This document shows, in pieces, positions 25,836-34,059 of a DNA stretch of 64,000 bases. The stretch covers positions 50,327-114,326 of the forward strand of contig BTUI01000007.1 in NCBI GenBank assembly GCA_045863195.1. The letters are read 5' to 3'. The notes under the pieces are model-generated. The model saw nothing but the letters and a program-made list of their open reading frames with translations, did not search any database and was not told the DNA's origin. This DNA comes from Chloroflexota bacterium. GTDB taxonomy: Bacteria > Chloroflexota > Dehalococcoidia > UBA2979. Position numbers and translations under genes: made by a program. Position 1 is the stretch's first letter. Each line of letters begins with the position of its first letter.

Positions 25836-26539
25836 CTGAGGGCCGCCATCAGGATGCCGGCCGCCACGCCGACGTTCAGCGAGGTCACGGCCGAGCCGCG
25901 CGGGGTGATGCGGCAGACCTCGTCGCAGGTCTCCAGCGTCAGGCGTCGCAGGCCGGACTCCTCGTTCCCCAGCACCAGTAGCCACGGCCGGTCGGTCTGG
26001 ACGGCGGTGACGTCTTTCTTCGCGTGCTCGGACGAGCCGATCACCCAGATGCCGGCATCCTTCGCCGCCTGCAGCGCGCGACGCAGGTTCGTCTCCACCG
26101 CGAACGGCACCGCCTCCATGCCCCCGCTCGCCACGTCGTACACGACGGCGGTGAGGCCGACCGAGCGGTCCGCCGTCAGTACCACGCCGCGCACGCCGAA
26201 GAACGCCGCGGCTCGGAAGATCGCGCCGGCGTTGTGCGGGTCCTGCACGCCGTCCAGCGCCAGCCAGAGCCCCCGGTCATGATCGCCGGCGAACAGCCGG
26301 TCGAGGGGCACCGGCTCGCGCTCTCGGACGATCGCCTCTGCGCCACTCCGCCCGCCCTCGCGCCCCGACCGCTGGTCGCGTTCCACCGGCACCACGGGCC
26401 GGTCGTGCCGGTTCGCCTCCGCCACCACGCGGTCCCACGCGCCCTGCGCACGGCCACCCGGCAGCCGCACCTCCGCGACGTCGCGAGGACGGGCGTCGAG
26501 GACGGCGAGGACGGCGTGCGGGTTGCGGAGCGCGAGCAT
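25829..26539 (-). CDS. TrmH/SpoU-family RNA 2'-O-methyltransferase (RlmB-like)
   Basis: SpoU motifs (..LALDGVQDPHNAGAIFRAAAFFG.., ..LLVLGNEESGLRR.., ..ITPRGSAVTSLNVGVAAGILM..). Start ambiguous: ATG 26539 chosen, 26593 possible. Confidence 0.85.
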   Translation of the reverse strand: MLALRNPHAVLAVLDARPRDVAEVRLPGGRAQGAWDRVVAEANRHDRPVVPVERDQRSGREGGRSGAEAIVREREPVPLDRLFAGDHDRGLWLALDGVQDPHNAGAIFRAAAFFGVRGVVLTADRSVGLTAVVYDVASGGMEAVPFAVETNLRRALQAAKDAGIWVIGSSEHAKKDVTAVQTDRPWLLVLGNEESGLRRLTLETCDEVCRITPRGSAVTSLNVGVAAGILMAALSR

Positions 26540-26608
26540 GAGGTGAACGGTAGCGCGCGCGTGTCGTACGATGTGCGGCGCACCATCGCTCACCCCTCGG
26601 AGGGGCCC

Positions 26609-26706
26609 CTTGCGTCAGTAGTCCGGGCCACGTGCGTGTCACGCCTGCACCCTGCGGTGCGGGCCCGCCCGGTGCGGCACCTCTGCCGCCTCTGACCTGA
26701 CGCAAG
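26609..26706 (+). other. candidate structured 5' leader of the ABC-F gene
   Basis: 10-bp long-range helix cttgcgtcag (26609-26618) / ctgacgcaag (26697-26706) encloses GC-rich local hairpins, e.g. gcacc-ctgc-ggtgc at 26646-26659. A further agcagc (26705-26710) / gctgct (26745-26750) pairing lies downstream. Confidence 0.3.
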
Positions 26707-26761
26707 CAGCACCACGCGCTGGCCACTCGGACTGCCCGACCCGGGCTGCTGCCTGCGTCCG

Positions 26762-28378
26762 ATGGGTTCCCGGATGTTACAGATCGACCAGGTCACCGCG
26801 CGCATCGGCGCGCGGGCCGTGCTCGAACTCGTCTCGCTATCGCTCGCCCGAGGCGAGGTGGCGGGCGTCGTGGGGCCGAACGGCAGCGGCAAGAGCACCC
26901 TCCTGCGCATCGCGGCAGGCCAGCGTGCGCCGGAGGACGGACGGGTGACGTCGCACGCCGGTGCGCGTTTCGCCTACCTCGCGCAGCGCGTGGAAGCGCC
27001 CGAGGGCGCGCCGATCGCCACCGTCTTCCCGGCACTCTACCCGGCCGCGGCGGACGCCCTCCTCGCGGAGGCGGGACGGGCGATTGCGACGGGGGCCGGC
27101 GCCGAGTTCGACGCGGCCGAGGCGCGGTACGCCGCGCTCCTCGAGCAGATCGAGCGCGCCTCGGCGACGGCGGAGATCGCCCGCGGGCTCGGACTGCGGT
27201 GGCCGGATGGCGCCACGGCGTGGGACGCCGTCTCCGGCGGCGAACTGGCGAAGGCCGCGCTGGCGGTCACGCTTGGCGCGGGCGCGGACGTGCTGCTGCT
27301 GGACGAGCCGACGAACCACCTGGACCTCCCCGCCACGCGCTGGCTGGAGACGTACCTGCGCGAGTTCGAAGGTGCGGTCCTGCTCGTCTCGCACGACCGC
27401 GTGCTGCTGGACGCGGTGGCGGACCGCCTGCTGGTCCTCCACCCCGACGGGCGGCCGGCCGAGGTGTTCACGGGCGGCTACTCCGCGTGGGTGACGGAGG
27501 AGCAGCGACGGCGCGAGACACAACAGGCGGCCTTCGAGCGCCAGGAGCGCGCCGACCGCCACCTGCGCGAGGCGATCTCAGCGATCGAGTCGCGCTCGCG
27601 CGACATCGAGAACAAGACCGTCCACTTCTATTTCAAGAAACGCGCGCTCAAGGTCGCCCGGCGGTCGACGACGCTCAAGGCTCGCCTGGAGCGGGAGGCG
27701 GCCGCCGTCGACCGGGTGACCCGCCCGCCCGACCGGCCGCACGGCATCCTCGCCGCGTTCGAGGCGGACGACCGGAGCGCTTCGCGCCTGGTCGCGGCGG
27801 ACGGGGTACGGCTGGTGGCCGGCGAGCGCGTGCTGATCGAGGGCGCGTCGTTCGTCGTCGAGCGCGGTGACCGGATCGCGCTCACCGGGGCGAACGGGAG
27901 CGGCAAATCCACGCTCCTGCGCGCGATCGCGGGGCTACAACCCCCGGCCGCCGGGCGCATCGCGCTCGCCGGGACGGCTCGGCTGGGCCTCCTCGCGCAG
28001 GGCGAGGATGCGGGGCTGGAGGACGGAGAGGCCACCGCAGTTGACCTCGTGCGCCGGCTCGTGGGGGTGTCCGAGCGGGAGGCGTACAACCTCCTCCACC
28101 GCCTCGTACTCGGCCACGAACAGGCGAGCACCCCGGTCGGACGGCTCTCCGGGGGCGAACGCCGGCGGCTCGCGGTGGGGCTGCTCACCTTCGCGGGGGC
28201 GAACCTGCTGCTCCTGGACGAGCCGACGAACCACCTCGATCTCGCCGCGCGCGAGGCGTTCGAGGAGACACTCGCGGGGTTCGGCGGCGCGGTGGTCGTC
28301 GCCACGCACGACCGGGCGCTGATCGACCGCCTCGGCGCGACCATGTGGACGATCGAGGGCGCCCGCCTGCGGACGTGA
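26762..28378 (+). CDS. ABC-F family ATPase (two NBDs, no transmembrane domain)
   Basis: Two Walker A motifs (GPNGSGKST, GANGSGKST). Two signature motifs (LSGGE-type: VSGGELAKAAL, LSGGERRRLAV). Two Walker B motifs (LLLDEPTNHLD x2). Charged inter-domain linker. Alternative start at ATG 26774. Confidence 0.9.
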   Translation: MGSRMLQIDQVTARIGARAVLELVSLSLARGEVAGVVGPNGSGKSTLLRIAAGQRAPEDGRVTSHAGARFAYLAQRVEAPEGAPIATVFPALYPAAADALLAEAGRAIATGAGAEFDAAEARYAALLEQIERASATAEIARGLGLRWPDGATAWDAVSGGELAKAALAVTLGAGADVLLLDEPTNHLDLPATRWLETYLREFEGAVLLVSHDRVLLDAVADRLLVLHPDGRPAEVFTGGYSAWVTEEQRRRETQQAAFERQERADRHLREAISAIESRSRDIENKTVHFYFKKRALKVARRSTTLKARLEREAAAVDRVTRPPDRPHGILAAFEADDRSASRLVAADGVRLVAGERVLIEGASFVVERGDRIALTGANGSGKSTLLRAIAGLQPPAAGRIALAGTARLGLLAQGEDAGLEDGEATAVDLVRRLVGVSEREAYNLLHRLVLGHEQASTPVGRLSGGERRRLAVGLLTFAGANLLLLDEPTNHLDLAAREAFEETLAGFGGAVVVATHDRALIDRLGATMWTIEGARLRT

Positions 28379-28393
28379 GGGCGGGCCGGCGTC

Positions 28394-28726
28394 CTAGTGC
28401 GGGAGGTACTTGTCTCCTCGCAGGACGCCGGCCTCCACCACCCACGCAATCACGGCGTAGTGCTCGAAGTACTCCGCCTCGATGTGCTGCAGGATGCGCG
28501 CCGCCACATCGAAACTGGCGAGCACCTCGACGCGGACGTTCCCGCCTTGCAGGTCGCCTGAGCGCGAACCACGTGACCCCTCCCCGTGCGCGGGGCTCAC
28601 GGTGTATCCCGTCGCGCCGAGGTCGAGTACGGCACGCGTAATGCGACGTTCGAGGATCGCCTCGGCGACGATGGTGACCAGCATCAGGTGCACCGCGGAA
28701 GCCGGCAGCGGGTGTTCCTCGGCCAT
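28394..28726 (-). CDS. sbtB: P-II-like signalling protein (SbtB-type partner of SbtA)
   Basis: 110 aa. ATG 28726 with GAGAGGAG SD embedded in the end of sbtA. Beta-alpha-beta layout with a T-loop-like AHGEGSRGSRSGDLQGGN. Located immediately downstream of the SbtA-family permease. Confidence 0.7.
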   Translation of the reverse strand: MAEEHPLPASAVHLMLVTIVAEAILERRITRAVLDLGATGYTVSPAHGEGSRGSRSGDLQGGNVRVEVLASFDVAARILQHIEAEYFEHYAVIAWVVEAGVLRGDKYLPH

Positions 28727-28737
28727 GTCGTCTCCTC

Positions 28738-29694
28738 TCACGCGAGGCGCGTGGCGATCTCGTAGTAGAGGGGGATCCCCACGGTCAGGTTGAACGGAAA
28801 GGTGACCGCCAGCGCGCCCGTCAGGTAGATGCTCGGGTTCGCCTCCGGGAGCGCGATGCGCACTGCGGCCGGTGCTGCGATGTACGAGGCGCTCGCCGCG
28901 AGCACGCCGAGGACCATCGCGCCGCCCGCGGAGAGCCCCGCCAGCCCGCCCAGCACCACGCCCGCCGTCCCGTTCACCACCGGGGCCAGCGTGGCGAAGA
29001 GGAGCAAGAACGGTCCGGCCGTGCGCAGGTCGGCGAACCGCCGCGCCGTCTGCACACCCATCTCCAGCAGGAAGAGCGTCAGCACGCCCTGGAACGGGTC
29101 CACGAAGAATGGCCGTACCGGCAACAGCCGCTCCGCACCAGCGACAAAGCCGATCAGGAGGCCCCCGGCCAGCAGGATGATGCTGCGCCCCACGAGCACC
29201 TCGTGCAGCGCTTCGCTGAGCCGTCCGTGTCCGCCGGACATCGCGATCCGCGCGATGACGAGCGCGATAACGATCGCCGGCACCTCCATGATCGCGACGA
29301 GCGTCGGCACGAACCCCTCATAGGGCTCACCGACGGTGTCGAGGAAGGTGATCGCGGCCGTGAAGGTGACCACGGAGGTCGAGCCGTAGTGGGCCGCGAG
29401 GGCGGCCGCATTCGGCGTGTCCATGCGGCCGAGCGTGCGGACGGCGGGGTACACCCAGAGCGGGATCAGGATGCCGATGAGGAGCGTCACGACCGCGGGG
29501 GCGGCGACGTCTGCCAGGTCGGCCTCGGACAGCGCGCCGCCACCCTTCAGGCCGATCGCGAGCAGGAGGTAGATCGAAATGGTCTGGTAGACCGGCTCTG
29601 GGAGCCGGAGATCGCTCTTCAGGAGCGAAGCGGCGATACCCAGGACGAACGCGAGGATGGCCGGGGTGGCCAGATTGGACGCGGCCGTTTCCAG
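28738..29694 (-). CDS. sbtA: sodium-dependent bicarbonate transporter family permease (SbtA/Sbt_1 family)
   Basis: The track gives only 250 aa from GTG 29490. The same frame stays open 68 codons further upstream. That extension encodes ..ETAASNLATPAILAFVLGIAASLLKSDLRLPEPVYQTISIYLLLAIGLKGGGALSE.., which matches the conserved SbtA N-terminus. No ATG/GTG/TTG is present there. CTG at 29694 sits 6 nt after a GAAGGGAG SD. Confidence 0.7.
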   Translation of the reverse strand: METAASNLATPAILAFVLGIAASLLKSDLRLPEPVYQTISIYLLLAIGLKGGGALSEADLADVAAPAVVTLLIGILIPLWVYPAVRTLGRMDTPNAAALAAHYGSTSVVTFTAAITFLDTVGEPYEGFVPTLVAIMEVPAIVIALVIARIAMSGGHGRLSEALHEVLVGRSIILLAGGLLIGFVAGAERLLPVRPFFVDPFQGVLTLFLLEMGVQTARRFADLRTAGPFLLLFATLAPVVNGTAGVVLGGLAGLSAGGAMVLGVLAASASYIAAPAAVRIALPEANPSIYLTGALAVTFPFNLTVGIPLYYEIATRLA

Positions 29695-29855
29695 GGAGCG
29701 CTCCCTTCAATCCTCCAACCGTCACGCGGGGGTCGATACAGGATATCGGCGTGCGCCAGTCATGGAGGAGTCGCTGGGCTTCACCTTCACGTCAGGGCAG
29801 GAGTAGAGTCGAATCAGTGGGCCGGGAGAGCCCGCCGGTGGTCGTTGGGGGTTCA

Positions 29856-30413
29856 ATGGGGTTCATGGGGGACGTGCCGGATCCGACGGTGAGCGTGGCC
29901 GGCGAGCTCGACACTATGGTCGAGGCGAATGAGAAGTGGCGTGCCGGCTTCGCGGTGGGCGCGCTCGGGGTGCGCCCCGTCAAGCACGCGGTCATCCTCA
30001 CCTGCATGGACTCCCGTTACCCGGCGGCCGCGATCATCGGCTACGAGTTGGGGGACGCCCACACGATCCGCAACGCCGGCGGCCGCGCCACGGACGACGC
30101 GATCCGCTCGCTGATCGTCTCCGCGCACGCCCTCGGCACGCGCGCCTGCATCGTCATCCACCACACGGACTGCGGCCTCCACCGCCAGACCAACGAGGCG
30201 CTCCGGAGCAAGGTGAAGGAAGTGACCGGCCAGAGCGCCGCACACATCGACTTCCTCCCCTTCGCTGACCTGGAGGAGAGCGTCCGCGACGACGTGGAGC
30301 AGATCCGCGCCTGCCGGTTCCTGCCGGAAGACTACGAGGTCATGGGCATGATCTATGACGTCCGGACCGGGACCATCATCCCGGTGGACGTGCCGGAGCA
30401 CGCCACCTCCTAG
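29856..30413 (+). CDS. beta-class carbonic anhydrase
   Basis: Zn-ligand and catalytic motifs: ..AVILTCMDSRY.., ..HTIRNAGGR.., ..IVIHHTDCGL... Start uncertain (ATG 29856 or 29865; the track's 29751 extension is Arg/Ser-rich). Confidence 0.88.
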   Translation: MGFMGDVPDPTVSVAGELDTMVEANEKWRAGFAVGALGVRPVKHAVILTCMDSRYPAAAIIGYELGDAHTIRNAGGRATDDAIRSLIVSAHALGTRACIVIHHTDCGLHRQTNEALRSKVKEVTGQSAAHIDFLPFADLEESVRDDVEQIRACRFLPEDYEVMGMIYDVRTGTIIPVDVPEHATS

Positions 30414-30431
30414 ACCTGGCACCGCTCGCCG

Positions 30432-31574
30432 CTAAGCCGGCAGCCGCTGCTCCCTGACCCCGCCCGACGCGAGCGCCGCCTCGATGCGCGCCACGTTGTA
30501 GCCGGCCTCGCGCAGCACCTCGCGCGTGTGCTGGCCGGCGAGGGGCGCCGGCCCGGTCGCGCTGCTGACGGTGTCCGAGAAGAAGAGCGCGGAGTCCACC
30601 GCGCGCACGCGGCCGTCCAGCGGGTCGTCCACCTCCACGATCATGCCGCGCTCCTGCAGGTGCGGGTGCGCTGCCGCCTCGTGCATCGTCAGGGCGAGCC
30701 CGTACGGCGCACCGGTGGAGGCCATCGCGGCCGTCACCACCTCGGCGTCCAGCGCCGCCACCCACGTCCCGACGAGCGCGCTCGCGGCGGCCGGCTTCGG
30801 CGGCATCGGCTCGCCGGGGTGGCCGAGGGCGGCGGCGATGCGCTCCCAGTTGTGCTCGCCGCCGATGTTGATGGTGACGTGGCGGCCGTCTCGCGTGCGG
30901 TGGACCGGGTGGCGGAACGGCTCCCACGCCTCCGGCGGAGCGCCGTTGAGGGCGGGCCCGGCGACCTCCGTGAGCATCTGGAACTGGCAGTCCATCAGCG
31001 CGGTGTCCACGCGCTGCCCTCGGCCGGTGCGCTCGCGGTCGAGCAGCGCCGCGAGGATGCCGGAGAACGCGGTCTGGCCGGTGACGAGGTCGGCGACGGT
31101 GACGCCGGGAGCGAACGGCTCCCGCGTGCCCACGGCCTGCTGCTGCACCCACAGCCACCCCGCCTCCGCGTGCGCGGTCGCGCCGTACGCACGCCTCGAT
31201 GAACCCTGGCCGAAGCCGGAGATCGAGGCGAAGACGAGGCGCGGGTTCGTGGCGATCGACGCCTCGAAGCCGATGCCGAGCGCGTCCATCACACCGGGGC
31301 GGAAGTTCTCCACCACCACGTCCGCGCGGGCGATCAGCGCTCGCGCCGCGGCGATCCCCTCCGGGTGCGCGAGGTCGAGCGTGATCGAGCGCTTGCCGAG
31401 GTTGTTCGCAACGCTCCCCTCCGTGCGCACGGGGCCGGTCGCGCCCTCCTTTGGTGGGTCGATGCAGATCACGTCCGCACCGAGGTCGGCGAGCATCCTC
31501 GTGCAGTAGGGGCCAGCAACCACGCGGGTGAAGTCCACCACCCGCACACCTTCCAGGATCCGCCGTCCGCCCAT
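30432..31574 (-). CDS. family III CoA-transferase (CaiB/BaiF family)
   Basis: ..LEGVRVVDFTRVVAGPYCTRMLADLGADVICID.. GGAGGAGG SD 6 nt upstream. Confidence 0.88.
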   Translation of the reverse strand: MGGRRILEGVRVVDFTRVVAGPYCTRMLADLGADVICIDPPKEGATGPVRTEGSVANNLGKRSITLDLAHPEGIAAARALIARADVVVENFRPGVMDALGIGFEASIATNPRLVFASISGFGQGSSRRAYGATAHAEAGWLWVQQQAVGTREPFAPGVTVADLVTGQTAFSGILAALLDRERTGRGQRVDTALMDCQFQMLTEVAGPALNGAPPEAWEPFRHPVHRTRDGRHVTINIGGEHNWERIAAALGHPGEPMPPKPAAASALVGTWVAALDAEVVTAAMASTGAPYGLALTMHEAAAHPHLQERGMIVEVDDPLDGRVRAVDSALFFSDTVSSATGPAPLAGQHTREVLREAGYNVARIEAALASGGVREQRLPA

Positions 31575-31673
31575 GCTGTCGCCTCCTCCGCCTGACTGCT
31601 GGAGGGGCCATTACAACACACGGGATGCCCTGCCCTGCTTGCGGGGCGGCGAGCCGGCTGCTGTCATGGCGTC

Positions 31674-32957
31674 ATGCCAGCCGTCAGCGCGGACGCCGCG
31701 CTCGCCCATGTCCGCGACGGGATGCGCGTCTACCTGCACGGCGGCGCCGCCACGCCGACCCCGCTGATCGAGGCGCTCGCCCGCCGCGCCGCCTCTCTCC
31801 GCGACGTGGAGACGGTGTCGCTGCACCTCGAAGGCCCCGCGCCGCACGTCGACCCGGCACTGGAGGGGCGCCTGCGCCACAACGCACTGTTCATCGGCGC
31901 GAACGTGCGCGAGGCGGTGAATGCAGGGCGGGCCGACTTCACGCCCGTCTTCCTCTCCGACATCCCGGCGCTGTTCACGGGGGGGCCGCTACCACTCGAC
32001 GTGGCGCTCATCCAGGTGTCGCCGCCGGACGCGGGCGGGTTCTGCTCGCTTGGCGTGTCGGTGGACGTCGCGCGGCCGGCGGCGGAAGCGGCCGGATACG
32101 TGATCGCGGAGGTGAACCGGCAGATGCCGCGCACCCTCGGCGAGACGACGGTCCACCTCAACCAGATCGACGCCTACATCGAGACCGACCGGCCGCTGCA
32201 CGAGATCGCGCGCCCCGAACCCACCGAGGAGTCCCGACGCATCGGCCAGCAGGTCGCGACGCTGATCGACAACGGCGCGACGCTGCAACTCGGCATCGGC
32301 GCGGTCGCTGATGCGGTGCTGGGTGCGCTGCACGGCCACCGCGACCTGGGCATCCACACGGAGATGTTCGCAGACGGGGTCGTGGACCTCGTGGAGGCGG
32401 GCGTGGTGACGGGCGCACGGAAGACGCTGCACCCCGGCCTCATCGTCTCTTCGTTCGTGATGGGGACGCGACGCCTCTACGACTTCGTGGACGGCAACCC
32501 GCAGGTGGCAATGTTCGCGTCCTCGTACACAAACGATCCGATGGTGATCGCACGGCACGAGGAGATGGTCGCCGTGAACTCGGCGATCGAGGTGGACCTC
32601 ACCGGCCAGGTCTGCGCCGACTCCATCGGCCCGAGGTTCTGGAGCGGCATCGGCGGCCAGCTCGACTTCATCCGCGGGGCCGCGCGCGCCCCGCGCGGAC
32701 GGCCGATCATCGCGCTGCCCTCCACCGCGCGCGGCGGCACCCAGTCGCGCATCGTCGCCCGCCTCGCGGACGGTGCCGGCGTGGTCACGACGCGGGGCGA
32801 CGTCTACTTCGTGGTCACCGAGTACGGCATCGCCCACCTGCACGGGCGCCCGGTGCGGGAGCGCGCACAGGCGCTACTGGATATCGCGCATCCCGCGTTC
32901 CGCAAGCAGATCGCCCGCGAGGCGCTCGCGCTGTACGGCTTCCGCCTCCGGGTCTGA
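31674..32957 (+). CDS. acetyl-CoA hydrolase/transferase family protein (4-hydroxybutyrate CoA-transferase-like)
   Basis: 427 aa. ..VYLHGGAATPTPLIEAL.., ..LQLGIGAVADAVLGAL.., ..HTEMFADGVVDLVEAGVVTG.., ..VNSAIEVDLTGQVCADS.. Confidence 0.85.
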   Translation: MPAVSADAALAHVRDGMRVYLHGGAATPTPLIEALARRAASLRDVETVSLHLEGPAPHVDPALEGRLRHNALFIGANVREAVNAGRADFTPVFLSDIPALFTGGPLPLDVALIQVSPPDAGGFCSLGVSVDVARPAAEAAGYVIAEVNRQMPRTLGETTVHLNQIDAYIETDRPLHEIARPEPTEESRRIGQQVATLIDNGATLQLGIGAVADAVLGALHGHRDLGIHTEMFADGVVDLVEAGVVTGARKTLHPGLIVSSFVMGTRRLYDFVDGNPQVAMFASSYTNDPMVIARHEEMVAVNSAIEVDLTGQVCADSIGPRFWSGIGGQLDFIRGAARAPRGRPIIALPSTARGGTQSRIVARLADGAGVVTTRGDVYFVVTEYGIAHLHGRPVRERAQALLDIAHPAFRKQIAREALALYGFRLRV

Positions 32958-32993
32958 GGCGCGCCGGGACGCCTCACGCGCACCTCAGATGCA

Positions 32994-33019
32994 GACGGGA
33001 CGCCTCGCGGCGTCCCGTC
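32994..33019. terminator. 11-bp GC hairpin between convergent genes
   Basis: gacgggacgcc-tcgc-ggcgtcccgtc. No clear U-tract on either strand. Confidence 0.4.
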
Positions 33020-33044
33020 GTGTCCGTTACCAACGCGGCAAGGG

Positions 33045-33983
33045 CTACCGCTTCGTGATCTGGTCGACGGCCGTCATCTCCTCGGCGGTGAGCCGCCAGG
33101 AGGCCGCGGCCGCGTTCGCCGCGACCTGCTCCGGGCGCGTGGCGCCGGCGATCACGGAGCCCACGTAGTCCAGCGTCGCCAGCCACGAGAAGGCGAGTTC
33201 GAGGAGCGTGTGGCCGCGCTCCTTCGCGAATGCATCCAGCCGCTCGACGGTGTCGAAGTTCTGCTCCGTGAGCAGGCGGTCGGCCTGCGGTCCGGAGGAG
33301 AGGCGAGCGCCCTCCGGCGCCGCTTCGCCGCGCTTGTACTTGCCGGTCAGGAGGCCGCTGGCGAGCGGGAAGAACGGCAGGATACTCAGCCCGAACTGCT
33401 TCGAGGCGGTCACGACCTCGCCCTCGATGCGGCGGTCGAGCAGGCTGTACTGGTTCTGCGCGGAGATGAACGGCGTCAGGTGGTCCGTCTTCGCAATCCA
33501 CGCCGCGTTGGCGATCTGCCAGCCGGCGTAGTTGGAGCAGCCGATGTACCGCACCTTGCCGGAGCGCACGAGGTCATCGAGCGCGTGCATGGTCTCTTCC
33601 TGCGGCGTCTTCGGGTCCGGGAAGTGCATCTGGTAGAGGTCGATGTAGTCCGTGTCCAGGCGGCGCAGGGAGTCCTCCACCGCGGACATGATGTAGCGGC
33701 GGGAGCCACCGGCTCGCAGCGGGCCATCGCCCATGGGGCCGGCGAACTTCGTCGCGATGATCGCCTCGGAGCGGCGGCCCTTCAGCGCGGCGCCCAGGAA
33801 CTCCTCCGACTTGCCGCGGCCGCCGTAGATGTCGGCGGTGTCGAAGAGCGTGATGCCCTGGTCCAGGCAGGCGTGCACCACGTCCGCGGCGCGGGCGGCA
33901 TCCATGCGCATGCCAAAGTTGTTGGTGCCCAGGCCCACCACGGAGACCTGCAGGCCGGAGTTGCCCAGGTTGCGGTATTCCAT
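33045..33983 (-). CDS. aldo/keto reductase
   Basis: ..MEYRNLGNSGLQVSVVGLGTNNFG.., ..FDTADIYGGRGKSEEFLG.., ..GKVRYIGCSNYAGWQ.. Confidence 0.92.
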   Translation of the reverse strand: MEYRNLGNSGLQVSVVGLGTNNFGMRMDAARAADVVHACLDQGITLFDTADIYGGRGKSEEFLGAALKGRRSEAIIATKFAGPMGDGPLRAGGSRRYIMSAVEDSLRRLDTDYIDLYQMHFPDPKTPQEETMHALDDLVRSGKVRYIGCSNYAGWQIANAAWIAKTDHLTPFISAQNQYSLLDRRIEGEVVTASKQFGLSILPFFPLASGLLTGKYKRGEAAPEGARLSSGPQADRLLTEQNFDTVERLDAFAKERGHTLLELAFSWLATLDYVGSVIAGATRPEQVAANAAAASWRLTAEEMTAVDQITKR

Positions 33984-34009
33984 CGGATCCCCTCGTCGTG
34001 CTCGTGTGT

Positions 34010-34045
34010 GAGGCGGGCAGTATACCCCCGTGGGGTGTCCGCCTC
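34010..34045. promoter_or_regulatory. C-tract/G-tract palindrome (TATACCCCCGTGGGGTGT) inside a 7-bp outer stem; CsoR-type-box-like element or intercistronic hairpin
   Basis: gaggcgg-gcagTATACCCCCGTGGGGTGT-ccgcctc. Lies 38-55 nt upstream of the aldo/keto reductase ATG and 15 nt after the MFS stop. Confidence 0.3.
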
Positions 34046-34059
34046 GTTGCCCTCAGGGG

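Noticed and set aside
26680-26697. Another copy of the cctctgacc motif (cctctgcc-g-cctctgacc) that might be a second binding site for the STAND/SARP regulator
   Set aside because: The period is 9 nt rather than 11, and the first copy is imperfect. A single 9-mer match is about what chance predicts in 128 kb of two-strand sequence. It is kept only as a note for a genome-wide motif search.
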